Of a stretch of DNA of 64,000 nt, positions 1-14,212 are shown one piece after another (position 1 is the stretch's first letter; each line of letters opens with the position of its first letter). The DNA is from Catajapyx aquilonaris (Eukaryota), in assembly GCA_000934665.2 (NCBI GenBank), contig KZ537973.1, positions 124,001 through 188,000 of the forward strand, written 5' to 3'. The notes below the pieces were generated by a model, which saw only the letters and a list, made by a program, of their open reading frames with translations, was not told where the DNA came from and did no database searches. Position numbers and translations under genes: made by a program.

Positions 1-3000
1 TTGGGCCAAGAGGCCTGAGTAATTAGGAGAGGGCGCGACCTCCTCAGGGCCACACTTTTGCTGAGTGACGTCAACTGACTCTCTGCCAAAACTTTTTTGG
101 CAGGTCCTTGCCCTTGCTGCCATCAAGCAGACACACTCCATTGTAAACATGTGGACTTCCAGGAATTCTTCCGGATTTATTGTGGTTTTCACGACATTGC
201 TGTAATTCCTCTGGACAAAGGATTCGACAAAAGTATAGCAGAGGCCTACCCTAAAGTGGCAAGTGCGAAGTTGAATCCGCGAAATGGTAGCCAATATATC
301 GACGCACAGCAGTAAACCCGCCTCCGATACACCTCTGCTGGATCAAACTATCGGAGAAAAATAAAATGCTGCTCCGGAACAATCCGCCCAACTATTCCCA
401 AACTGTAAACTAATCGGTTTTTTCGCAAAATAAAAAAGGTTTTTTTTTGCAGCATCAGTGGGATGCCTAGCTGTCAGGATGAAGACTGATGCCAGGGACT
501 TGCCAATTAGCCTGATGAGTTAGTCCTGTTGGGTAATACCTTGGGTAGCCTTCCTTTTGCCAAATTCATTACCGGAGGGTTTGCTACTCGTTTTCTTTAT
601 TGCCGGTGGCCTCGTTAGGAGACTTTGGCTCTTTCTCTCTCTCCCTCGAGTTCCTTTTGTGCCTTTTGGGCATTTCTGGGATTCCGACACTTCAGCAGAG
701 GCTTTGCTTGGAGTAGTGTACGCTTTCAATGCGGACACGGTTTGGGGAAGAAAAAGAGAAGCCTTTTGTGATCCTTGCGGTGGAGAAGTAAGGCTCCTTT
801 GTTGCTCTGCTGAATTCATCCCGGTGCCCACCCAATTTCCGGAGGTAAAATCCGGATATGTACCGGTTATGTACTGGCATTGTGCACGGTGTTATTGTCG
901 GGTTCTTCCGCGCTCTTTAGGAAATTCTGGCATGGGATTTTAACACATAATTTTTTTGAACGAAAAATTACCCGTCAATATTGAAAGCCCTGGTATGTAA
1001 CTAAAGTTGCTCCCATTCTACACCGTCCGCACTTTGTATAAAAAAATATCAGTACCTGGTACGTCCGAGATTGTTATTTAATATCTGATGAACTTACTGA
1101 ATGCCATAATACTCGTGGCGAATTTTAATGATTCGATCCGGAATTCTATAGGAGAGCTTTTCCGGATGTGTTTCTATCCCGTGACGTCAGAGCTAAACGT
1201 TGCCATGTTGGAGCATTTTGCCTGAAATCCCGCTATTCACTCTTGCAACACATTTTCACGGATTGTGGTTCCTTTTTTTCTCTCGTTTCGTTGTTAGCTG
1301 TCGGAATGTTTGGTATCTCGTTTTGCTATTCGAGCCATCCGAAAAGGGGTGGGTTTACAGGTGGTAAAATTTTCAATAGAGCTTGTAATTGTGACAGATG
1401 CACAGCGCTGTCAAAGACCCGCCGATGGGAACACTAATAATACTGCGCCATTGCAATAACTAGGGGTTGGTGGGTGTATGGGGTGGGAGAGGCCCTGGTT
1501 TTATATGTGAACACGTATATTATCGTGCTTGCTGACTGTGCAATGTCCGAGCTGTAAATAGCATGCTGTTGATATGCAGATGAGTCATGCTCCGTCGATT
1601 TAAATGCTTGTTTATTACAAGCGCCTCGTGTCCAATCGGTTTTACTAAGCGTTATATATTATGACAGGTTTCACTCGATAGCCGGGTCTACGAGGACCTC
1701 GCATATCATATCAGGACATGGGAGTTTGTCAGTGACCCCAATTCTTTCCTGGTTATACGGTTTTGTGTAAGATTGTCTGTGAGAACATGTTCTTTGAGGA
1801 CTTCTGCGTGGGGAATGTTTTATTTGGGGAACTTATGGATACGTGAGGTGTGCTGTGTGGCGATAAGGTCTATCCTTTGAAGACTATCCTGTCCTCACAG
1901 TATATTCCTGGAAGACATACCCTGCTGTGAGAACTACACTCTGAGATAATCCTGGGAGGACCAATCCTAGTTGGTCTCAATTATACGCCGACATGCGCTT
2001 CAAGTATTTCTGGCTAAAAGCCTTTTACTTTGGTGGAAATATATATAAAAAAAAGTTTCGACCAAGACTTTTTTCCAAATAAATTTCAATAGGAGTGAGC
2101 ATTGAGTCTGGTGAGTGGCAAATCCCCCTGCGGACTCCTTTTGCAGAGGCGGTTTCCCCCCAACCCACCGTAAAGATTTCTACCCACCCCAATAAGTGAT
2201 TAGAGTTGAAGAGAGAGACGAGAAGCTTTGCTTTCTATCTTTGGGGGGGAGGGGCTCCATAACAGATACTTAGGTGGGAGTTGAAGGTTGTTTGTCGTGT
2301 GGTGGAGAGAGAGAGAGAGNGGGGGGGGGGGAGAGAGAGAGAGAGTCCATTGTGCAGTTTCCTCCTTCTCGCACACTGTAAACACCGGATTAAGTTTATG
2401 CGGTTTCTGCAGCACCATGCTCGGGCCAAACTCCCAGGCTAGGAAATCTCCTTATCCGGATTTCTTTTCCCTTTGTCAAGTTGCCATGTTGGAAGCGACT
2501 CCCTGTTAGTAGTAGTGGCATATACTTTCTTTTTCCGGTGGCAGCCAGCGAGGGAAGAAGGAAGAAAACCCCTTTAGAGACGGGTGCCTTTATTCCCAGA
2601 CCCAAACTCCCCAACTTGGTGCAAATGGATAGCGGCGGGTTAGGGAGCTCTGGAAGGTGATTGGCTCCAGAGTTATGGCCCGCTCTATCTCTCAGGCCTT
2701 TTAGAGCGACTTTGCCGCTATCACCCTGCTCTTTGTTATAATAGAGGCCAATGTTGGTGTAGTATATACCCTCCTGTCTCAGCATTCTTGGCCATCAGGC
2801 ATCTGCGCAGGCCTTTCTGGCAGGTTTGAAACAACTAATATTCAAGTTCGAGGGTTTGCTTAACCTAAGGTCATTGCTGCCTTGATGATTTTGATCAAAT
2901 CTGCCAGGTATGTCTTCTGAGGATATATAGAATGAGAAATGGGCTGAGTCTTGAGCTGCCAAGAATGTCTGAACGCGATATGAAGCGTGTTCTGTGGTCT

Positions 3001-3338
3001 ACTGCTCCACACCAGCTGGCGAGAATGGTCGATATCTATTTCCTGAAGCATTTTTCAATTACACCTGTCTCGGGGAAGACTGCAGGCGTCTAGGGCCTGC
3101 AACCCTGATGCCAAGATGCCACTCTTTATTAAGGCAAAACCTTGTACTCGTAATGCGCTTCCAGGATGTTACTCTGTTGGCGCCTTATCCCCGGAAGGAA
3201 TCTGAAAATATCATTGGCTCTGACGTTTGCAGCGAGTAGTTCTGCACAATTTGATCACGATTTTGCACACACTTGGAGTTGAACATCCTCACAAAAAGAA
3301 CTGTCCCTAAACCCTTGCGAATCTTTGGTGTATTCCAG

Positions 3339-3595
3339 GTCCCCAGCGAAATCTCCATGTTCTGCACAACTCGGAGCATCCAGCCACTGTCTTCTCACTG
3401 GTCGAATGGAACGGGAAGACCGTGGCCATGACCTCTGAGCTGCTGTTTGACATCCTGCTGACCAGACTGGCCGGACTGTACACCTCCAAGAAGACACGGA
3501 TGGAGTCAAAGGGCACCAGGTTTGAAGTCCAGGATTTCCTGGTCAAGATTGGATCTGTCTCCATGAGCCAGAACTTCAAAGGAATCCTTGTCGAG
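3339..3595 (+). CDS. MED20: Mediator of RNA polymerase II transcription subunit 20, internal coding exon (upstream exon(s) not found in window)
   Basis: Acceptor tattccag|GT and donor GAG|gttgg. Translates (G)PQRNLHVLHNSEHPATVFSLVEWNGKTVAMTSELLFDILLTRLAGLYTSKKTRMESKGTRFEVQDFLVKIGSVSMSQNFKGILVE, matching the MED20 motifs HNSE-P, ESKGxRF and DFLVKxGSV. Confidence 0.93.
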
Positions 3596-6500
3596 GTTGG
3601 TTTAACAGGGTTTACCACTGGAATCTAGGATTGATTTCTTCCAAGCAGAATTGATTGGCAGAATGCTGATTGTACATAAAAGTCATTTATAGGCATGTGC
3701 AAATCTCACGTAGATCGCAGAAAGTGCTTATTTGGGGCTTTTTATGGATTACTGCAGAATTTACACTTGGCTAATCATTTTTACTGAAAAAACTTCTTAT
3801 CGTATTACTTCGTAAAGTTTTGCTGTGCCAAATATTTTAAAGTTAGGCCACGTCTATTTGCCACGTCATTTAACGTGCACTTTTAAGGTAATTGACTTTT
3901 ACGGTGCAAAAAAAAAGCAGATCTCAGTGTTACGGTGAAAGGAAAGGGGCGAGTCAGCAGTCGAGGTCGCGAGGAGGAGGAAGAAGAAGAAGAAGGATTG
4001 TTGAGTTTAGCGTCCCGTGACGCAATAATTCAGGTGGTGGACCCAAACGACACGTCCGCGGACTCAGCAAATAACTCTGTTTCCCTTTCGTATCTAGAGA
4101 CTCATGGAGAGAAACCCACCAACCTTGCGTAAGCTGCAAGGAAGCCAACAGAAATTCATTACTCTTTTCTCTCTCCCTCCTCGCTTTGCCTTGTTGTGAC
4201 TTCCTGACTGGACCAGTGAAGCTGCAAGATGTGTCCACTTTAATTTAGGGGACCTTGAGCACTATGAAACATTTACTCTTCGTCTCAGATCCTACTTATC
4301 TGCTTCCAAAACTGTGATTCTCGTGTTAAAGTCAAGATGAGTTAAGGTTAGGATAACAAGTCATACAACACAACACATTTTCTCAGATATCACCTGTACT
4401 TGTAGATGAATTTGACAGTGATTTTATGCCGTTTTCGATAGAATCGCTCACTTTCTTTTTTGGGTGCCATCTCTCTCGGATGGTCCCCTCTGTTTCTTCT
4501 TCCTTAAAAAATTCCACCATCTTGGACGTAATGCTTCGACTCGAAGTGACAGGCTGTCAGGCCCCTCCCCCATTTGCATCTTATTGTATATAAAAACGTG
4601 AAGAGCTGGGTCCGTCGTCTGCGACCTTTTGACCTTGCCTGGGAAATGCCCTAAGTTCCTCTCCTCCATCCCTCCCACTCCTGAAGCCTGCTGCTTCTGT
4701 CGCGCCATTTCGGTGCTCATAAGCTTGATATTGACGTCTAATCAACGTAGTATTGTGCCTGGTAATTGGCCGGAATAAAGCGGCTTAGAAAAGGGGAATG
4801 GAGGAGGAGGACAGGGGTTCATTCCGACGGGGAATTAAAACCGGGTCCATTTCTTGTGGAATCGGTATCACGAGTCAGTAACTCACAATATGTGTCAGCT
4901 TGAGCCAGGATTCGAATTACACTCCAGTGGGGAAAAAAGTGGATTCCACTACGTTCTCTATTAATTCTACGAAATTATCTGCATTTCAATTGACTTGCTA
5001 CGTGACATTTGCCTTGGTTCTGCGAATTTTATTTAGGGTACTTTCGAGTATTCCTTTATAATTTGATGACCTGAAGTGCAGGGCCGTCACAATACGAAAC
5101 CATTTTCCATCGGAAATTTCGATGCACACTTTATACTTTATCCAAAGCTTCAATAATGTCCTCTGGAGATACACGTGTTCAATGTTATTCAGAGTAAGGG
5201 GCCACGTGCGACGCCATTTTGGAAGATTGAGTTATCCATGCTACGGGGCCGGTCAATTTTCGCGTCCTTTCTTTTGCTGGTTGTTTTGCAAGGTTGGTCC
5301 TCCTGGGCAAGCTGCCTTTACGAGAAAAACAAAGCCGTTGGATCGTCTATTCCCCGGGCCTTCTAGTGCTACGGGACGAAATGAAGTCCTGTCTGACGTG
5401 GAGGGGGAATGGGGAGGAAGGGATAGATGGGAGGGGAGGGAGGGAAGACGCCATTGATTCCAGGCTGCTACTGCTGCAAGCCTCAATAAAAGACTCCAGG
5501 AACCCCCCCTCTCGTAATGAAAAAAATTCCGGGCCTGCTCAATTTGGAGGACTCCCTCTTGTCAGGATACCACCGCAGATAAATATAAGCAAAACATGGC
5601 GTCATTTTCCGTAACACGCGAATCTTGATTCTGCTGTAAATCTTAGGACTGATGTTCGCATCATGCTGAATCGTAAATCTGGTGCAAAGATTTCAATTGG
5701 CCCGGTTTCTCCAATCTGCTTAACAGGCTGTTAAGAGTCTTAAGTTCGCGGGTTGATGTGGTACTTAAAGTGTAGTTATCTCTTAACGGTCAGTTAAAAG
5801 GTTGGCGAAACCGGGAATGAATCATATTAGTGTGTAAGCTTGACGCCATGCTGCTGTGAGTCGAAATTAAAGGTACTTAATGGCAGTTAAATCCCCTTTA
5901 ATCAGGATTTATAAATGCATTGGCTGCAATATTTGAAGAATTATTCGGTTCGATCTAAATACGTTTCATTGACAATGAATGCTAATTAACTGACATCATG
6001 CTGACACACAGCCATGCTATTACCATACATGCAATACAAGTCGACCATTTATTTTTCAATCCGAATTTGTGACTCGTGTGAATGGAATATTTGAATAATC
6101 ATCTCTACACATTGCGGTGTATCCTGATTTATATTCAGTAATTTAACGCGATATGCGCGTATTTTTATGTTGCATATTTCCGATTACGTCTGCTTGTGTC
6201 CCTCTTTTTAGAATGATGTAAACAATGGGGGTTTTATCATCCCCAGAGTGTTTGTTATGTAAAGTACTTTCAAGACTTCAGAAAAATCTGGGAGCCTAAC
6301 TATACTGGAGCTTGTCCATGACGGGCCAAATCTCGTTTCGCAAGTCCCTCCCCACCCACCCTTTACCCCCATTCCTCCCCAGTCTCCCTCCATCCCCCTG
6401 CAATAAGTGCACTTGGACCTTGGAGGCACGAGTGGTTCCACTATTTGCTTGCTTAGAAGCTCTTGGAAAACCATAGCAGTTTTCTTGTTCTCCGATGTAT

Positions 6501-9500
6501 GTATACACAGCAGGGATTTTTTTAAAAAAGGAATGAGTTCAGTTATCGTATCTTTTCGTCCACGAAACTTTGGGAATGTTGCAAGCTGCTATGCGCAGAC
6601 ACTGCTACATTAGGAGAAAGTGCCTACAAACGTAGCTCATATAGTAAAATAACTGCTAAATGTACTGAGATAATTACTTGTCCTACTGCGTCACAGATTC
6701 ACATTTCCCTGATATGTGCAGGGTTACCAGCTGCATACTTGCGCATGCGCATAGCCGTGTTGAGGCTGCGCAGTACACACGGCGCATGATCTTTAAGCTA
6801 AAACCTCTCTGATGCAGCTGGTTGTAACGCAGTGTGTAAAGGGGGAGGGAGGTGGTATGGCCATAATTTGCAGGGGGGTGTCTTCTTCCCTCCTACCCAC
6901 TCCCTCCTGCCCTCCCCTCCCCCGCCCTCCTTCCTTCCTTCCTGGCTCATTTCGGGCAGGCGAGCTGGTTGAGGGGCAATCGATTGTCGCATTCGCCATG
7001 CAGCTGCTGCGAGTCGGCAGCATCACCCATGGACTTAGGTGGGACAGACCCGAAATTTCAAGCCCAACCATTCCTCTCCCTATACCCATTCACCCCCAAC
7101 ATAAGTATGCCTCCCCATTTAGCCAGATTCGTCCGCCATGTTGTCGGCGCGGTTTTTCCCCGGCGGAAATCGGGTTGTAAATAGCAGAGCTTTCCGAAAG
7201 ACGGAAGTCATGCAAGTTGGATGACCTCTCTCTGGGGAAGGTCAGCGAACTCTGAAATTAATTAGGAATCCGACTGTGGGCGGCGCTGTCAGCAGTCTAG
7301 ACACTGCGCCCGGATTAAACTTGTCCGGAGTATCCATTTTTAATCGCCTGAGGGATTTTTGGTCCGGAGAGTCGCCCGGATAATGGGATGCGAACTAAAT
7401 GCACAGTAAACGAGTCACACTAAAAACCTGTGGCGTCTTAATCCATAGAAATCAAAGCTACAAAATTGGGGAAAATAAGTCCAGAAGAGCATCAAAAGTA
7501 AAATGATTGTTTTGGGGGGTAAATACCCGGATTTTTCATTGGTTAGTCCGTGCGATCCTAGAAAACCCCCGGAATCCGGATTATTTAGGACTGCACACTT
7601 TTTTTTTGCATGCTGTATGAGCAAAATTCCGTCATCCGGCCAATTTGGATTCCGGGTGATTTTTTTTCGGACGCGAATATTTTTAATTAGTCAGTAGCTA
7701 GTCATCCGGATATACACATTATATCCGGGCATGCTTCATGCGGGCGGAACATAAATTCACACCAACGACGCGCACTCTTTCTCTCTATCTTTTTTTCTTT
7801 CCTCCTTTGCATTCCGGGGACCACCTCGGCAGATCTTGGATTCCGGATGGGAGGGGAGAAATTGCTCCAGTCAAGTCTCTCCAGCCCCTTCTTTCGCACA
7901 AAGGAAATCGTGGGGGCCTTTTTCTCTCTGCTGCTGGTGCTCCGGGCGACTTGAAATACGACCCGGATTCGCCCGGATTTAATACAGCACGCCCTGGCCT
8001 TACACTCGGAATGTTTCCCCCCCTTTTTTTTCCTTCTGGATATTCCCCCCCATCCCATCTCCATTTTTTCTTCTTTCTCTCTGCATATAACTGAAAGGAA
8101 TGGGGGAGGTGCAAAATGTGTAAGGAAATACTATTTTTCAAGGTAGACGAAATGTGACACCTTTTGACTGTTGTAAAAAGGTGGCCTCAACATTTGCTGT
8201 GGGCTCGAGGAAGAAGGTGACTTGGGGATGAGCTCCTGGTGATTTATTGTGGGGAGAAAGGAATGACGTGCATGCTCACTGGCATGTGTGGGACGTGGGA
8301 ATCTGGGGGAAATCCGGAATTTCAAGCGGGGACTTCCAAAGGACCGCAGTGAAATCAGGTCGAATTAGCATTTAAGAGGAACATGAAAGAATGCATGGGA
8401 TTTGCAGCAATCACATAGAATCTGTATAGGCGATCGTACAGGATATCCTATATAGCAGTATATACAGTGGATGATTCTAAATTAATCTGCAGAAATCGAG
8501 GGCAGGCCAAGGTTGCTAATATGAGAATACAGTGAGCTTATTTTAAAAACTAAGATAATGAATTTTTGCAGAATTAACATGATAAAATTTGAGCGAATTT
8601 CCGAATTAATATAAAAAATTCCGAAGATTTCAGGCAGCATAGGGAGGAACATCCTAGAGAGTTTCCGCCGGAGGAATCTCATGAATGTTAAGAACATTTC
8701 GAGATCAGAGACTCTGAATATTGAATAGATATTTGTGTCAAAAGAAATTGGAGCCAAATGCTCGTCAAACATTTTTCCGTCCGTTTGTACAGTTCTGGTT
8801 GGTTAGGTTGATTGAACCACCCTGTAGCGGTCTGGATTGTTAGTTTAGGTATTTGAGTCGCGTCTACAACTCCTGAGGAACAACCAGGAAGTTTGGTCGT
8901 ATATATACTTTGAGGTGAGGTCTCCTCCTGCATACAGCAGGTGAGAAAGAGAGAGCAAGGCATTTGCATATAGATTGATCTACAGGTGACGCCACGGGAG
9001 ATAGAACCATCAGGACTCTTTCTATATGTACAGGGGGTAATATTAATAATAATAATCCGTCTTGGGAGAAGCTGAAGCCACAGAAATCCGGATTCATATC
9101 TCTCTCTCCCGCGCGCGACCCTGGGTGCGTTCTAATTTGGCGGAATAAAGACGGCCTCGCGACAGATTCCTGGGGATTCGCAGGGTTGAAGTGAGCATAT
9201 ATCATGTATATGAGATGGAATTCCTTCCCTCTTGGGTTATCCCGGATTCTTGTCTGTTCCGGGACACGAGCACTGTACCGAGTGACACACCTGAGGGATT
9301 GACAAAAATAGAGAGTCTGGATTAATCCACATGGATTCCTCTTGTGACACAAATCCCTGTTTGGATTTCTTACCAGTCTATATATTGAATCGTGATTTCT
9401 GTGGATAATCTCTGCATTTCCCTCTCATAATTTCGCTGGATTTTCCTGTTGTTGTTTTCTCCCAAAATAATGTGTGAGTGGAGGACTCCAGGAGGTTTAG

Positions 9501-11085
9501 CATCATGATGATGAGCAAGGTCTGTGCTGAGAGTGATTCCTGCGCTGATGAGTTGTGACCCCCGTCCTTCACCTCCTCCCCCTACCACCACCACCCAGCA
9601 CAGAATGGGGGTGGGGAGAGGGCTTTTGTCATGTTGGGTCAGCTGCGGCAGAAAATCTGAATGGGTTTGCGGCAAAACTGGTATACAGTGCAGCGCAACA
9701 AACGGGACACTCTCCAATCCAGCTCGTCCTTTCTCTGTCTCTTTTTTTATATAATTTGGTCCTTCTCTTTTTCTTTGTACCGAGCGTGTGTGCTGGTCCC
9801 ATCAAACACTTGATTAGTGGTCGGGTTGGGTGGGATGGAATCCATTGTGTTTTTCGGAGCATTACGACTGCTTTTATTTCGCCTTCTGTCTGATTGAACG
9901 GGACAGAAAAAAGAAGGAAGAGCATGGCCATCAGCAAAAGAAGCGTCTTGAAGGACTTTTAATCGTGAATGTAATCTTTGCTTCACTCTGTACGTGGCAT
10001 TGACATATGAGTCTTACTTCCACACCTGGGGCTAGATTCTTCAACGGATTGCTCCTTGCAAATAGTGCTTAATAGTGCATGCTAGTCAAATGAAAGCTAC
10101 ATGCAAACCAGAGGCGCAGATTCTGGATAAGTGTACTTCCGATGAATTTACTGCAGTGTGCATGATTTTTCATGACATCTGCCTCATGGTGGAGCAAATA
10201 CGTCGCCGTTTGGAGCCAACATAGTCCGATTTTGCTCGATCTTGGTTGCCCTGTCAGCTGAAACGACTTTTGTAGTCAGCATTCCTCTTACTGAGCGCCT
10301 GTATTAACGAGCACCCCAAAAAATCTGATTTTAACGATATTGAAAAATCCATATCCGTCTGCTTACGCCAGGGCCATGTTGTAGACCACCTCCCAAAAAA
10401 ATGTGGTAATTCAGACGACGCGACGCGACGTCTCCTTTTCGGGCGCATATGAAACGAACTGTGGTCACCCGATTGCGACGGATGACGTCAATCCGGGGCG
10501 ACGCGGCCGACGTCACCGCCGCTTCTCAAAAGCCGAATTCGTTACGCTCTTTTTCCAACACACCGCGACCTAATTTCGCCACTTTAAAAAAGTCCAGCTG
10601 AAGTTTTTTTTCCCCCCCTTCCAGCCCGCATTTGGCAAAAGTAGTGCTGGAAAACCGTGTATCTTTTCCAGCAATCATTTTCGTCCAGGTCTTATCTGGC
10701 GGGTTTTTTTTGAGCGAGAGAAACTTGGAGTATGACGCATGTGGCAGCGTGTACAGATAGCAAATATATATATTTCTCTGGAGAATCCCAGTCCTAGCAG
10801 TTTTCTTCTCTGCGGTTTGCCTGGAAGGTAGCCAACTTGCCCAATAATAGAGTCCGGAAAGTGGGGGAGGGCATGAGGAGAAGAACTGTGCACCTGAAAC
10901 ATATCGGGTTGAGTTATGGCCCATTTGGGAAATGAAAATTGCACATTTTTCCCTGCTTTGCAGTATTCTGATGGAAACTTTTATTTTTGAAAGAAAGGCT
11001 ATTATAGAATGAGTTGGGAGTGTTTGGATGTATGTCTTGTTTAAGAGTGCTGTAGATTCGAGTTGGTTGGTTTTCCTCCCTGCAG

Positions 11086-11289
11086 GTGGAGTACCGACCC
11101 TGCGTGATTCCCGCCACCTGCTGGGATCTGCTGAGAGAGTTCATGCAGGGCTTCCTAGGAAGCTGCGTGCAGAACACGCCGCCGCAGTTCTTCCAGACCA
11201 GACTCAACGATGTGTACCAGCCCACTGACACAATACACCAGTATTTGGAGCACTTCAACGCACTGAGGAAGGCCACGGGACTGCGTTGA
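11086..11289 (+). CDS. MED20: MED20 final coding exon
   Basis: Acceptor cctccctgcag|GTG joins in phase 0 to the 3339-3595 exon. VEYRPCVIPATCWDLLREFMQGFLG...DTIHQYLEHFNALRK* is the MED20 C-terminus. AATAAA at 11570-11575. Confidence 0.93.
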   Translation: MEYRPCVIPATCWDLLREFMQGFLGSCVQNTPPQFFQTRLNDVYQPTDTIHQYLEHFNALRKATGLR

Positions 11290-11644
11290 ATATGTCGTAC
11301 TTGCTGGTTCAATCTGTAGCGCATTTCTGGCTTTTAGACCTGGTTGTGTGAATATGAATTAGGGGAAAATTTTCGGTTATGTACTACCATTCGTAATACA
11401 TAACGAATCATTTCTCTTCATTTGAGATACTACAATTAGATTTCAGAGAGATGGGATCGCTAATTAGTTAGATGGAAATCTTGCTCCTGGAAAGCTAACG
11501 TGGACATAAAACTGCGAAAACGAAGTTGCGAATAAGTTTGATGATTGAAATTTCATGATGACTCAAAAGAATAAAGTGTCTTTTAGTGTTTAAAAATTGT
11601 TCTATCAAGTTTACAAACCTTTATTGTCATTTGGCATGCACGTG

Positions 11645-12282
11645 TCAATTAGGAAAACAATCAGGTGTGTAATGCTCTTCACAAAAAAATGTTAAATTAT
11701 CAGTGCACTTCCAACTGTACCACTGAAAATTATACGCAGGATGAAGAGTAATGCAATTGTAGTCAGCACTACCCAGTGATGGTTCTCCTGGTAGCCAGTC
11801 CGAGTACTCGAGGGGTTCCAGGTTGGACTGCCAGTAGAAATTGTTGTGGTCTCCAAGATCCTGGCCACCTACGTAAACTTCTCCTTTCACGTTTTCTGAT
11901 GAGAAATGGGAATTATGAGCAGCATTCCATTTGCCAGATTCCGATCAGTACTTACTGTCCAAAAGGAACTGCTTGAGAGCATTATTTTCAGCTGGATCCT
12001 GAATGGTGACCAGGTGTCCACCGAACCTCCTGCACAGCTCACTGGCTCTGAACCAGTTTCCCGTCAGTTTATCATCTCCACTGTAGTAGTAGCACCCTGT
12101 ACTTAGTCTCGAGAAAGGGTGCTTGCATTGGCTGTGGTCACTGACTGACGCAACTGGAACATGTCAAGACAGTGTTAAGCTTGTGCCACAGGTTTGTATG
12201 ACATACCAGTACCTTCGAGATTTGGCAATGCTCTGGCCACTACTAGCAATAGAGCTGACAACAGCAGTAGTTGCACCTTCAT
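11645..12282 (-). CDS. Secreted single-domain C-type lectin, copy A (172 aa)
   Basis: Exons 12282-12213 (signal peptide MKVQLLLLSALLLVVARALPNLE), 12153-11956 (CKHPF..GCYYY..NWFRASELCRRFGGHLVTI) and 11895-11645 (VYVGG..YSDWLPGEPS..C..QWYSWKC..FFCE). All GT-AG and in frame. Confidence 0.9.
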
Positions 12283-13137
12283 CTTGACACCTTTCCTGGC
12301 AGGAATTGTGTGTGACGGTTTGCGCCGTAATATTATATACTGCGGTGTTATCATTTGAGTAAATCATTGTCTTTGACAGGCAATCTAATCATTTTTAAAG
12401 CATTTTCCTGTTTACTGACCAGAGAAAGCAACAAAAGACAAATATTGGGAAGTAGTAGTTTGATTTAGGTTGCACTTATCACTGTGCAGCACAATTGGAA
12501 GGAAGTGTATAATACTTATCACAAGTGTACAGGGTTATTGACAGCAAAAGTATTCAGGGATATATCCTGTAATTTTTTATTTGCTACATATTATGCATTT
12601 AGGCACAACACATCTGCACATTTTGCCATTATTTTGATCACAAATGAAGTACTATTGCACTAATTAATGGTACATTCTCTTATCTGCTGACGAGATTTGT
12701 CTGGTGCCGAACATATTTTTTTACTGGGAACCATTGTTGAACTCTCGTTAAACATCTACATTTCCTATAGTCACTCGGGGAAGAAAGGCTGGCATTTTCA
12801 CTATTTTAGTGGTTGGGTATAGCTATAGGAGGTAGTATGAAGAGGAGTTTTGCGATTACAGCACTGAACCTTCACACTAAGAAATTGCAGGTCATTTGGC
12901 ACATGTCAAGCGTGATTCGAAAGTTATTCTAATGTGCTTAATTTAAATTAATTTTACGCATACTTAAAACTTAAGGAGAAATACGGTATACTTCCTCTGT
13001 AAGGTTTATCCTATATGGAGGACCTATGACCTCCTGCACTAGCCAATGACACTTTTATGCCAGATAATATATTATCACCACTCTTGTGTGTGGTTCTATC
13101 GCGTCATGAGTTTGATGTCAGTAACTCACATAAAAGC

Positions 13138-13312
13138 AATTCTGCCGTCAGTTGTAAGAAGACCGTAACTCAAAAACTAGTAAGGGCGAAAGTCGCATGC
13201 ATGCCGTGCACTAATCCACCCTGGCTCAGAGGGGATTAGTGCAGGGCGTGCATGCGACTTTCGCCCGTAGTGGTTTTCGAGTTACGGTCTTCTTACATCT
13301 GACGGCAGAATT
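13138..13312. mobile_element. Foldback/MITE-like element, about 80-bp inverted arms
   Basis: aattctgccgtcagttgtaagaagaccgtaactc...gtgcactaatcc pairs with ggattagtgc...gagttacggtcttcttacatctgacggcagaatt. AATT flanks both sides (possible TSD). Confidence 0.8.
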
Positions 13313-13808
13313 ATCAAAATTGATCAGTATTTTCAAGCTAATCTTGACTGCTCCATTTATGGTTTAAGAAGACCCTCTCAATGATTGATATCGCTTGATA
13401 ATTTTTTAATATTCAAGATATTTCGTGGAAATGGTTTCTTCGGTAAAGCTTGTCTGTGAAGTAGCTTCGTTTAAGAAACTATTAGCGTCTTAGCGGTGCT
13501 TATTGAAGAGGTGTCTCTTACACTGTATAGGACATAAATGCATTGAAAATGCCACTCCCAAATCAATCAAAAGTTTCTCGATATGTTTCAGCCTAAACAC
13601 AGGTTCTCTTACAGGCAAGTTTTACTCGCTTCGAAGAAATACTCCCAGTCAGTGCTACTCCAATATACCCAGATGAATAATAATCAGATTTGTTAATCAT
13701 TACCAGGAACAAAGAATAACTGCCCTTATGGAGTAAATTACTCGTAAATTGCCGATGAATTTTATTGACATGTTATTAGTACATAACCTGATCACTTTCA
13801 GTTGTCAA

Positions 13809-14212
13809 TTAACGCACTCTCTCGGATGGTTTACTTGCTTTACAGAAGACGGTCGTGTTTGTCACACAGTTGTAGGTGTACCATTTAAACCCAGCAAACT
13901 GACGAAGGCTCCCCTTGTTTCCAGTCCAACTACTCGAGTGGTGCCAGGTTAGACTGCCAGTAGAAATTCTTCAAGTCTCCCAGTCTATGTAGACTAAATT
14001 CGCAACTTTTTCTGAAAACAATTTTGGCACAATATTGATGAACAACCTGCTATTTGCTGGCGAGGAACTCGTTGCAAAAGTTTCTCGGCTCCATTACGAA
14101 ACACCCGGCATTTCTGACTTTATCAGTGACATCACTAATGGTTCTGCAACTACTGCTGGACCTCTGCATTTTCAACTGGGTCGTCTATGGTGACCAGGTG
14201 TCCGCCGAAATT
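13809..14212 (-). pseudogene. C-type lectin pseudogene (exon 3 plus part of exon 2)
   Basis: Homologous to neighbouring lectins (NFYWQSNLAPLE, GEPS, FGGHLVTIDDPVENA) but with a frameshifting deletion in GGHALG, an in-frame TAG and an internal deletion. Confidence 0.85.

Noticed and set aside
2320..2331. N bases beside G/C homopolymers (also 17739 and 48013)
   Set aside because: Assembly or sequencing ambiguity, not biology.
97..3338. Short ORFs as MED20 first exon or other genes
   Set aside because: No MED20 N-terminal motif (MGVT, VDCET) or other family signature found; probably intronic.
12164..12367. ORF with CQERCQDE suggesting a PAN/apple domain
   Set aside because: Wrong frame; the signal-peptide frame splices correctly in all four lectin genes.
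13057..13239. ORF containing MPCTNPP, a peptide also found in baculovirus GP64
   Set aside because: Seven-residue coincidence inside the hairpin element; no other viral glycoprotein similarity.
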